Assembly: GCA_964019335.1 (NCBI GenBank)
Contig: OZ025724.1
Location: 248,001-312,000, forward strand
Length of the DNA: 64,000 nucleotides
Direction: 5' to 3'
Source of the DNA: Diplonema japonicum
Taxonomy: Eukaryota > Protista > Euglenozoa: Diplonemea
Part shown: positions 56,247-64,000 of the stretch, in pieces
Layout of the letters: each line of letters begins with the position of its first letter
Numbering within the stretch: position 1 is the first letter of the stretch
Notes under the pieces: generated by a model
Seen by the model: only the letters and a program-made list of their open reading frames with translations
What the model was told of the DNA's origin: nothing
Database searches by the model: none
Program-made: the position numbers and the translations under genes

Positions 56247-57494
56247 TTTATATTTTTTTTTATATTTTTTTTTTTGTTGTTTTACAGTATTTAAAAAAAA
56301 AACTTTTTTTTTTTAAATAGATAGTCCAGTACATTTCTCTGGATTTTTCGGCTGAGGAGGAGGGGGGGGGGAGGGGTTTCCCTTTTCTTTTCTTAGTGTA
56401 ACAAACAATTCCAGGGAATGAACTGACGCCCCCTCTGTTTCAAGTAACTGTTATTATAAAAAAAAAAAAAAACTGGAAAAAAAAAATAGGCCATAGGGCA
56501 GGGGAACACTGGGATGAACAGAGAGAGAGTGAACTAGGGGAGCTGGGTGAATTAAAGCACGAAACGCAAAGGCTGCAACATAACAAGGGAAAGGGGGGTG
56601 GTGGTTTCTTTTTCTCGCTTTTTTTTTTTTTTTTTTTTTAAAAAAAGGTTTACCTGAATAAAAAAAAAAACAGCTACAAATTTCTACCTAATAAAAAGAG
56701 ATTATTTTGTAAACTATTTCTAATTTTTTTTTTTTGTTTGATAACTATAGCAAGTGTTTTTCTGTTTCAAACGAGCGTAAGGAGTGTAGAAACCTCAAGC
56801 ATTGATGGGTATGCTTCTAGCAACTGTGTGCTGTAGGAACACAGATAGAGGGCCGTTGGCGTCTCTGATAAGAAAGGGGAAATAAAAACTCTCTAAACGA
56901 GGGGATCTCTAAGAAACTGATTTGAAGGTGTAAAAAAAGAAGTATTCAAGGACCCCCCACTACTGCAATACCAGCAGAAATGTATTTTTTTTTTTTGGAA
57001 CATGTACTTTTTTTTTTTAAAAAAAGCAAAAAAAAAGAGGGGGGGGGGAAGAAAAACGAGCAAAAACTTTTGCTCTCCTCTTCCCGCTCTTTGCATGTTT
57101 TCGAAGGGCGAAACAAAGAAAAGGGAAAAAAAAAAAAAAAAAAAATGGGGTCACCCATGCTATTGCAAAAAATTTCCCCCCCTCAAAAAAGAAAAAAGAA
57201 AAAATTGAAAAATTACACTCTACCAAAATTGAACTAGTCTCCCCCCCCCCCCCCCTCATCTATATCCATTGAACCCCCCCCACATCTTTTCCCCATCTTC
57301 ACAAGGCAAAACAAAACAAAACAAAAAAAAAAAAAAAAAAAAAAAAAAACGTTTTCATGTTAAAGTGAGAAATCTTTCTTGGGGAAACAAGAGAGGGGGT
57401 TTGGATTAAAAAAACAAAAAAGAAAGAGAAAAACATAAGAACTTGATCCATTTTTTTTTATTATTTTTTTTTTTTTCTTTTCTTTATTTTTTTA

Positions 57495-57600
57495 CGATGC
57501 GCTGGTAAGTGCCCACCGTGGGACCCCAGCAGTCTCTATCTCAAAAGAAGCTGTTTTGGGCAGACGAGAACAAGGGTCTCTTATCATAAAAACCATACAT
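57495..57600 (-). mobile_element. Decayed 3' relic of the element B family
   Basis: GCGCTGGT..GTGCCCACCGTGG and GACGAGAACAAGGGTCTCTT match 19811-19837 and 19978-19998. Confidence 0.7.
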
Positions 57601-57774
57601 AGGTACGGCCGTTACTACCGCGAAAAATTGCGCTTCTGTTAACCCTTTTTTTTTTCATTCTTTCTTACGTTAAAGGAAAACACCAACCTTTTGAGGAAAA
57701 ACTTTTTTCTTTAAAAAAAAAAAAAAAACAGAATATGTCACAAAAAAAAAAAAAAAAAAAACAAAAAAAAATCG

Positions 57775-57935
57775 ATAAAGTTTCAAGTGTGCTCACTGTT
57801 CAAATAGAAATTCACACTAACCGGTCACCGTTCTGCGGTTGCTGTCTGGTGCCTGCGGTGGCTGTTTGTCGCGATGAGATGGACGGCATCTGGGCGAGAA
57901 ACATTACATGGAGTCGTGCTGCTTGGCTCGAGGAG
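57775..57935 (-). mobile_element. 5'-truncated 3' end of the element E family
   Basis: About 110 nt nearly identical to 30310-30420; bounded by plus-strand A-runs on both sides. Confidence 0.88.
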
Positions 57936-57969
<34 letters not shown>

Positions 57970-57983
57970 TGGATACTTCCCAC

Positions 57984-60900
57984 TCACATCGAAACGATTG
58001 TAGTCAAGGCCCTGCTTCGCTTCGTGTCAGGTGGCACCGGTGCTACGGGCGAAAACTTCGGCGTAGAGAACTGACTTTTTGAAGAGGTAGCGGTCACCGA
58101 CGTCATCTGCGGTGTCAACGGCAGACGGTAAACAGTACCCCGTGCTATAGACCGCCTTCTCGGTCTATCTTGCAACGCTGGTGTCAACGGCGAAGTACCC
58201 GCAAAGTACGACCCCTTTGAAGGATCTAAGCTAATAATAGAAATCCTCGTCCTCTTAGGAAGCAGCCCCACCGAGGGTGTAACAGGGCTGAGAATCTGCG
58301 ACGAAGGTGGCGACGATACATCTGTCTCTGTCAACGGCTCCACAGGTTCCCCCAAATTCATATCGGGCATCAACGGTTCAGTTAACAGAGCATCTTCCAC
58401 ACCTCCCTCTTCAGACGCAATATCATCATTCTGTTTCTGCCCCCAGCAACTCTGTTGAAGCCTGTCGCGACGTTTTGAGTACATAATATATGCCTCTGTG
58501 AGCATGTCCATAACCACCTTTACTAACAAGGCGCCAATGGCAGCTAAGCTGAGATAACCTGCTGATACAGCTTCTGTTCCGTTAGTGTCGTTTCTGTAGT
58601 AGGCAACCGCTATGAGAAGCAAGGAGAAGCCCATGAGCATGTGGATTATGCCCGACAGCAGGTTGTCCCGTTCCCTTGCATGCGGCCTGCAAATGAGCTT
58701 CAGCCCTGCCATCATGAAGAAAACGATGCATGAGAATAGCTTTTCGTGCCCGCACTGCAGGTAGTTCTCTGTGTTGAAGGTCAGCAGTGCCGACACCGTC
58801 AACGCCATTGAGTACTCGATAAAGCTGAACCACGCCATCTCCTGCTTGAAGGTTCTTACCATCGAAGCATGTCTAAGTACCCAGTGGCACTCCTTGTTCT
58901 TAGACACCCACTCCCCTTTTCCTATGATGAACACCACCACACTGTTGTTCGTAGTGCTGTCAGTCATGTAGACGGCTTTGGATGGGACATCGCGGATGAT
59001 GATGCGGAAGGTGTACAGGGACACAAAGATGATGCCTCCCATGGATATGAGGCCTAAGATCCATGCCCCGTGGACCTTTGGGTAGAATATTAAAGTAGCG
59101 CTGCCTAAGGTGGTGCCCTGGTATAGCCATTGGAATACAAACAGTGGTGCTGAGGGGAACCTTAGAAAACCCTGGGCGTCGAGGCCTTCTAGGAGTCTCC
59201 ACTTGGACCCCGCCATGCCCATCACCACCAGCTTCCCCAGCAGCGTCATGACTGTGATGATGACAGTGTTGCCCACCACGACACCTGCCGCCATGCTGTT
59301 CCCGATCTCCCATCTGGTTGGGTGCAGCGGCCATGGCAGCTTCTGCTCCTCGGTGATGAAGCACGGATGGCCTGCGACAAGCAACGTCGTCGCCGTACCT
59401 GCAGCGCCCCCTCCCGCAAGCATGGCACCGCCTACCACTGCACCACCTGCCGACTTCTGCGCCTCGTACACCTCAGCTTCGGTATTATTCACCGCCGTGT
59501 AGGGGACAGCAGCCTTTTCCGACGCTTCATTTGGTTGCGCAGTAGGAACAATGGTAGGTGGTGCTGTGTCTGGAACGGGTGTGGGGCTTGCTGTTGGTGT
59601 CAGAGTGCGGGGGGCCAACGTGGACGGGGTAGCAGTGAATGGTGATCTTGTCGGCACAGCAGTCGGAGGGAGTGTCACAGGGGCGTTCGTGGGCATAGCA
59701 GTTGGCTCTGCAGTAGGAACAGCTGTCGGGACGATGGGGGGTGCTGTGGGCGTGGCAGTAGTTGGAGCAGTTGTGGGCACGGCAGAGGGAATGGCCGTGG
59801 GTATCGTCGTGGGGGGCACCGTGGGTGTTACAGTCGACGGTGCCAGCGTTATCGGTGCTGCGGTCCTCGGCACAGCAGTAGGGGTAGCGGTGGGAGGAGA
59901 GGTGGAAGGGGCGCTAGTCGGCTCTGCTGTGGGGACCAGCGTTGACGGCGCAGCTGTAGGGACAGCAGTGGGTGGGATGGTGGGTGGGGCGTCTGTGGCA
60001 GGGGGACTGGTGGGTGGCGGGTTTGTTGCAGGTGCATTAGTGACGGGAGCTTGAGTACTAGGTGCTGGGGTGTCGGGTGCATCAGTGGCGGGGGCTGGAG
60101 TATCAGGTGCAGAAGTGGCGGGGGCTGGAGTGTCAGGTGCTGGCGTATTAGGTGCTGGAGTGTCAGGTGCATTTGTGGCGGGTGCTGGCGTAGGTGCTAG
60201 GGTGTCAGGTGCATCAGTGGCGGGTGCTGGCGTATTAGGTGCTAGGGTGTCGGGTGCATTAGTGGCGGGTGCCACAGTGTCAGGGGCCGAAGTGTCAGGT
60301 GCAGAAGTGTCGGGTGCCACAGTATCAGGGGCCGAAGTGTCAGGTGCAGAAGTGTCAGGTGCCACAGTTTCAGGGGCCGAAGTGTCAGGTGCAGAAGTAT
60401 CGGGTGCCACAGTATCAGGGGCCGAAGTGTCGGGTGCCGCAGTATCAGGGGCCGAAGTATCAGGTGCTGGAGTGTCAGGTGAGTCAGTGGCAGGAGCTGT
60501 TGTGGCCGGCGCATTTGTTGCTGGTGCATCGGTTCTAGGTGCCGCGGTGTCAGGAGCGTCCGTTGCGGGAGCTGGGGTAGCAGGTGCAGCTGTATCAGGA
60601 GCGACTGTGTCAGGGGAACTTGTAGGGGGTGCCGTAGGGGGTGCTGCAGTGTCTGGGGCACTGGTGGACGGTGCTGGTGTGACGTCCGCGCACATCGTCC
60701 TTGTTCTGTAGGTGAAAGTCCTGTCAAGCTGCCCAGCGACCCTACGAGAGCTGACCCAGTAGAACAACTTGTCGTCCGCAAAATCGGTGTCGATGGTCCC
60801 CTCGTAGATTGTGGGGCCGTAGTTCTTAGTCGTGGTCACAGTCACAGGAACCGACAGATTGCAGCAGTAAAATACATGTATTCGGTCCCCCTTCGCCGGT

Positions 60901-61238
60901 ACTTTTTCTGCCCGGTAACCAGCGATGACCTCTTGATCCGTCTTGCAACCACGTGACCAGCTAAGGCTTCCCCAGTCTGAGGAGGTCCACGAGCAAGTTC
61001 CCATGCTTATCCCAATGTCACGGCAAGTGAAGGTGTATGGCCGGAAGTTTGAATTTGCAACCCTCTTGGAGTAGACCTTGTGAAGCACAGACTGAGGAGG
61101 GCATTGTGTCCAGCACTTGTCGTCAGCCGTTGTCCACACCCTTTTATCAGTCACGTTGCCTACTGTGATCACCTTGCAGCCTAAGGAGCACGTGGTGAAC
61201 AACACCACCAGCACCACCACGAGAGCTGCTTTGCTCAT
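57984..61238 (-). CDS. Multi-pass membrane protein with signal peptide, dermatopontin-like Cys domain and long T/A/P mucin stalk
   Basis: Signal peptide; EVIAG...DRIHVFYCC and DRTFTY motifs; about 380 aa of DTSAP/TAVP repeats; about 7 hydrophobic helices; Ser/Pro-rich tail. Confidence 0.8.
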   Translation of the reverse strand: MSKAALVVVLVVLFTTCSLGCKVITVGNVTDKRVWTTADDKCWTQCPPQSVLHKVYSKRVANSNFRPYTFTCRDIGISMGTCSWTSSDWGSLSWSRGCKTDQEVIAGYRAEKVPAKGDRIHVFYCCNLSVPVTVTTTKNYGPTIYEGTIDTDFADDKLFYWVSSRRVAGQLDRTFTYRTRTMCADVTPAPSTSAPDTAAPPTAPPTSSPDTVAPDTAAPATPAPATDAPDTAAPRTDAPATNAPATTAPATDSPDTPAPDTSAPDTAAPDTSAPDTVAPDTSAPDTSAPETVAPDTSAPDTSAPDTVAPDTSAPDTSAPDTVAPATNAPDTLAPNTPAPATDAPDTLAPTPAPATNAPDTPAPNTPAPDTPAPATSAPDTPAPATDAPDTPAPSTQAPVTNAPATNPPPTSPPATDAPPTIPPTAVPTAAPSTLVPTAEPTSAPSTSPPTATPTAVPRTAAPITLAPSTVTPTVPPTTIPTAIPSAVPTTAPTTATPTAPPIVPTAVPTAEPTAMPTNAPVTLPPTAVPTRSPFTATPSTLAPRTLTPTASPTPVPDTAPPTIVPTAQPNEASEKAAVPYTAVNNTEAEVYEAQKSAGGAVVGGAMLAGGGAAGTATTLLVAGHPCFITEEQKLPWPLHPTRWEIGNSMAAGVVVGNTVIITVMTLLGKLVVMGMAGSKWRLLEGLDAQGFLRFPSAPLFVFQWLYQGTTLGSATLIFYPKVHGAWILGLISMGGIIFVSLYTFRIIIRDVPSKAVYMTDSTTNNSVVVFIIGKGEWVSKNKECHWVLRHASMVRTFKQEMAWFSFIEYSMALTVSALLTFNTENYLQCGHEKLFSCIVFFMMAGLKLICRPHARERDNLLSGIIHMLMGFSLLLIAVAYYRNDTNGTEAVSAGYLSLAAIGALLVKVVMDMLTEAYIMYSKRRDRLQQSCWGQKQNDDIASEEGGVEDALLTEPLMPDMNLGEPVEPLTETDVSSPPSSQILSPVTPSVGLLPKRTRISIISLDPSKGSYFAGTSPLTPALQDRPRRRSIARGTVYRLPLTPQMTSVTATSSKSQFSTPKFSPVAPVPPDTKRSRALTTIVSM

Positions 61239-61478
61239 AACACATGGACACTACCTGTGGGAGACAAAGGCTTTTTTTTTCCTTCTTTTTCTTTTTTTTT
61301 TTGCTTAAATAAACAAAAAGAAATACCGATATAAATTTTCAAAAAGAATGAAAGACCCCACACCAAGTCCAATTCTCTTTTTTTCTTCTTCATTTTTTTA
61401 AAATACCCCCGCTAATAAGAATGTTCATCTCGATGGAAACCGAGACACGGGGGGGGGGGGGGGGGGGAGGAAGAGGAG

Positions 61479-63482
61479 TCAAAGGTTCATCCGCGGAGAG
61501 TGCTGCGGCGTCGACATATCGCTGCCGGAGTGGCTAGACGTACAACTACCCATCCCGTCGAGGGTAAGCAAGCCTCTCGTCCTGGTGCCCCCTTCATTGA
61601 CAGGGAGGGAAGCCACTGCAGGAAGCGCATTATTAATAAGATACGCGTGCATCTCATCTACCGACTGGGAATGATTCACACTACGCAAGCGAGTCCAGTC
61701 CCGGGTCGTCCTTGTTGTCGACAATGTGTGTTTGAGTTCGTCTTCTAAGCGCGAGCGGACGTTCTGCTGGTGGAACATCTTCCACTTGTTGAAGTAGATC
61801 AAACGAAGCCCGTTGGCGAACATGGAAAACATCAACCTTGTCATCTGTTCCACCTTGCGAAGCAGTCGTTTATTCTGGTTCTGCTTGTTGGCTCGTTTGG
61901 TGAGCACCAGCCATTTCGACCATCGGTGGTAAAATATCGTAACTACAGCCTTCTCATCCTCCGTGTGTAAGAACGATGCAGCCATGATACCGTGGTGTGT
62001 CTTGCTCTCCTCCACATCATTTGACGCTCTTACAGCCCACGGGTGGATGAGAAGCTGTGGTGCGGTCGGTCGCTTCTTAGGGTTTCTTTGCAAACATGAT
62101 ACAACGAATTCTTTCAGCTCCCCGTCCTCTTCAACAACCGGGGGTAAAGGTATCTCCTCATCCTCGTCAACAATTATCTTAATAATCTCCAGGTACCTTT
62201 CAGTGTGGTGTGTGAACGGAGCGACCCCCGTCACCATTTCAAGAACGGTACACCCAAGCGACCATATGTCAACCGCTTCAGTATATTCCTCTTGTGAAAT
62301 GATCTCAGGTGCCATCCATAACGGAGTGCCTTGAAGGGATTTTCGTCGTGGTGCTAGCTTGCTTACCAAAGCAGAAGCACCGAAATCTGTTAGTTTACAC
62401 TCCCCGTTTATTGTCAGCAGGATATTCGCGCCTTTGATGTCACGGTGAATGATCCCGGAGGAGTGGAGATATTGAAGACCGAGGAGGATCTGCCGTGTGT
62501 AGTAACATGTGGTACCCATGGAAAGCGGTCCGAACTGTTGGCACAGCCCCGCCACCGACCCTCCCGGAACGTACTCCATAAAAATGTTGATCGATTCTCC
62601 GTCGCGCTCGGACGAGAGGTACCGGACCACGTTCGGGTGGTTCAGTGTTCTCATGAGCTGTATCTCGTTCTGAAGCTTCTTGATGTGTGCCATGATCTGC
62701 GGGTCTTGGAGGTTGTACGCAATATTTTTGACAGCCATGAGCTCGCCTGTAATGCTATTCAGCCCTATGTGCACCAAGCCGTACGCACCTTGCCCTAGCA
62801 GCGCGCCCTTTTTCCACGCCATTTTTTGCTTCATCATTGGGCTGGCTTGTACGATATCGTCTTCTAAAGAACTGTTGTCCAACACTATTTGTACCTGAGG
62901 TTTTCCTTTGGAAGGGATCGGGGTTGGCTCGTTAGAATCAGCGCAGACTCTAACGTTCGGCATCGGTGCGATCTGGCTGTCTTTCGTGATACTCTTCACC
63001 TTCACCTTCATCGCAAGCCCCACAGCACCAATTCCTATTAAAACAGGCAACGTCCCCGTCCATCGTGGCGGTATCTGTGCTGTCTTGATGTGTGCATCAA
63101 TAGTGTTCATAAGTATGTACACGACGGTCCAGTATACATGATGTAGGGCAACAAGAAGACGGATGTTGAGGCACCACACGTGGCCCAAGGATAGCAGGCT
63201 CAGTACCAGCGGGACACTTGCCAATTCGCCTTCGCTGTAGGCAAGGCTGCACCAGGCTCCGAAGATCCCTGCTTGGACGGTGGTCATGACTGTGATGAGG
63301 ATTTCGCATCTTGATTTGAGTGCGCTGAGGAGAAGGCAGCCCATGAGGCATATCACGCTTTGGACGGCGATCATCCCGTCTTCCTCTGCTCCTTTGTGGA
63401 GGTCATATACCGTTACTGTCATTGTTACCATTGCGCACCCGGCTAGACAAGCGACCCTTCGGTATCGGTTTGTCGTGTCCAT
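61479..63482 (-). CDS. STE11/MAP3K-like kinase with N-terminal multi-TM domain
   Basis: About 5-6 hydrophobic helices, then GQGAYG, MAVK, HRDIKGAN, DFG, GTPLWMAPE; RRKSLQGTPLWMAPE shared with 14960-16165. Confidence 0.9.
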   Translation of the reverse strand: MDTTNRYRRVACLAGCAMVTMTVTVYDLHKGAEEDGMIAVQSVICLMGCLLLSALKSRCEILITVMTTVQAGIFGAWCSLAYSEGELASVPLVLSLLSLGHVWCLNIRLLVALHHVYWTVVYILMNTIDAHIKTAQIPPRWTGTLPVLIGIGAVGLAMKVKVKSITKDSQIAPMPNVRVCADSNEPTPIPSKGKPQVQIVLDNSSLEDDIVQASPMMKQKMAWKKGALLGQGAYGLVHIGLNSITGELMAVKNIAYNLQDPQIMAHIKKLQNEIQLMRTLNHPNVVRYLSSERDGESINIFMEYVPGGSVAGLCQQFGPLSMGTTCYYTRQILLGLQYLHSSGIIHRDIKGANILLTINGECKLTDFGASALVSKLAPRRKSLQGTPLWMAPEIISQEEYTEAVDIWSLGCTVLEMVTGVAPFTHHTERYLEIIKIIVDEDEEIPLPPVVEEDGELKEFVVSCLQRNPKKRPTAPQLLIHPWAVRASNDVEESKTHHGIMAASFLHTEDEKAVVTIFYHRWSKWLVLTKRANKQNQNKRLLRKVEQMTRLMFSMFANGLRLIYFNKWKMFHQQNVRSRLEDELKHTLSTTRTTRDWTRLRSVNHSQSVDEMHAYLINNALPAVASLPVNEGGTRTRGLLTLDGMGSCTSSHSGSDMSTPQHSPRMNL

Positions 63483-63563
63483 TTTTTTTTTCCCCCCCAA
63501 AAAAAGAAATTTTTTATAAATTTAAAAAAAAAAAAAAAAAAGGGGGGGTTAGGAATAGGGTTA

Positions 63564-63848
63564 TTAAATATCAGCGAGGACGACATCCTCTATCCTTGTG
63601 TACTTTTGAAACGGGTGTCTACCGCTGAATTCGTCTCCCAAAAGCTCTGGGCTTACATCAGAGCGGGGCAAGAAGTAGTCACCCATCACCGCGTCAGTCA
63701 CGCTGTTAAGTGGCGCTTTCAGCTCTTTCATTTCGTCCCCCGACATAATCGCTACCTTCCCCCACATACTTCTGGCTGTTAAAGGCTGGTAGGGCACGTG
63801 GTGCACTCTACATGAACCTTTCAATATGGCACTCCGAGGAGTTTTCAT
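63564..63848 (-). CDS. Small hypothetical protein (94 aa)
   Basis: Coding-like composition between homopolymer-rich spacers; AAAATG start; same strand as all other genes. Confidence 0.45.
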   Translation of the reverse strand: MKTPRSAILKGSCRVHHVPYQPLTARSMWGKVAIMSGDEMKELKAPLNSVTDAVMGDYFLPRSDVSPELLGDEFSGRHPFQKYTRIEDVVLADI

Positions 63849-63958
63849 TTTAGAGGGGGGTGGGGAGGGGGCCAACCTAAGAAACAATGTATGACGCCGT
63901 ACAGATAGAAAAAAAAAAAAAGAAAAAAAAAAAGGTAAAGAGGGGATCACGTGGATGG

Positions 63959-63989
<31 letters not shown>

Positions 63990-64000
63990 TCCGGGGTTTT

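Noticed and set aside
2595-57259. Short poly-Lys/poly-Phe ORFs in intergenic DNA
   Set aside because: Translations of A/T homopolymer runs.
63-63628. Numerous plus-strand ORFs (e.g. 11858-13051, 34160-35386, 37835-38677, 50731-51405, 60070-60711)
   Set aside because: Antisense shadows of real minus-strand CDSs or repeats, with no motifs of their own.

Overview
Eukaryotic nuclear DNA, most likely from a diplonemid (Euglenozoa). A near-perfect diplonemid-type spliced-leader (SL) exon sits at 13745-13782(-), every host gene is on the minus strand (polycistronic-like cluster), and intergenic DNA is full of A/T/G homopolymers. Host genes: a ferlin missed by the ORF track, a 4-exon CaaX protein, two paralogous STE11/MAP3K-like kinases (one membrane-anchored), an SLC34 Na/Pi cotransporter, an acylated polyproline/WH2-like protein, an FkbM-like methyltransferase, VWA8, a P2X receptor, a 2-exon MYND-finger protein and two mucin-like surface proteins. 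About 22 kb is a set of co-oriented APE-type non-LTR retrotransposons. They have OTU-domain ORF1s, 2A-like motifs ahead of the endonuclease, a shared unnamed C-terminal domain, and family-specific 3' hairpins followed by T-runs rather than poly(A). One carries an SL exon at its 5' end plus a complementary anti-SL segment. Also present: SINE-like elements with a shared structured head and different tails, four Crypton-like elements whose subterminal hairpin occurs in flip, flop and precisely deleted states, and 38-39 nt GT-AG introns made mostly of poly(A). All family assignments are by eye from motifs; no searches were run.
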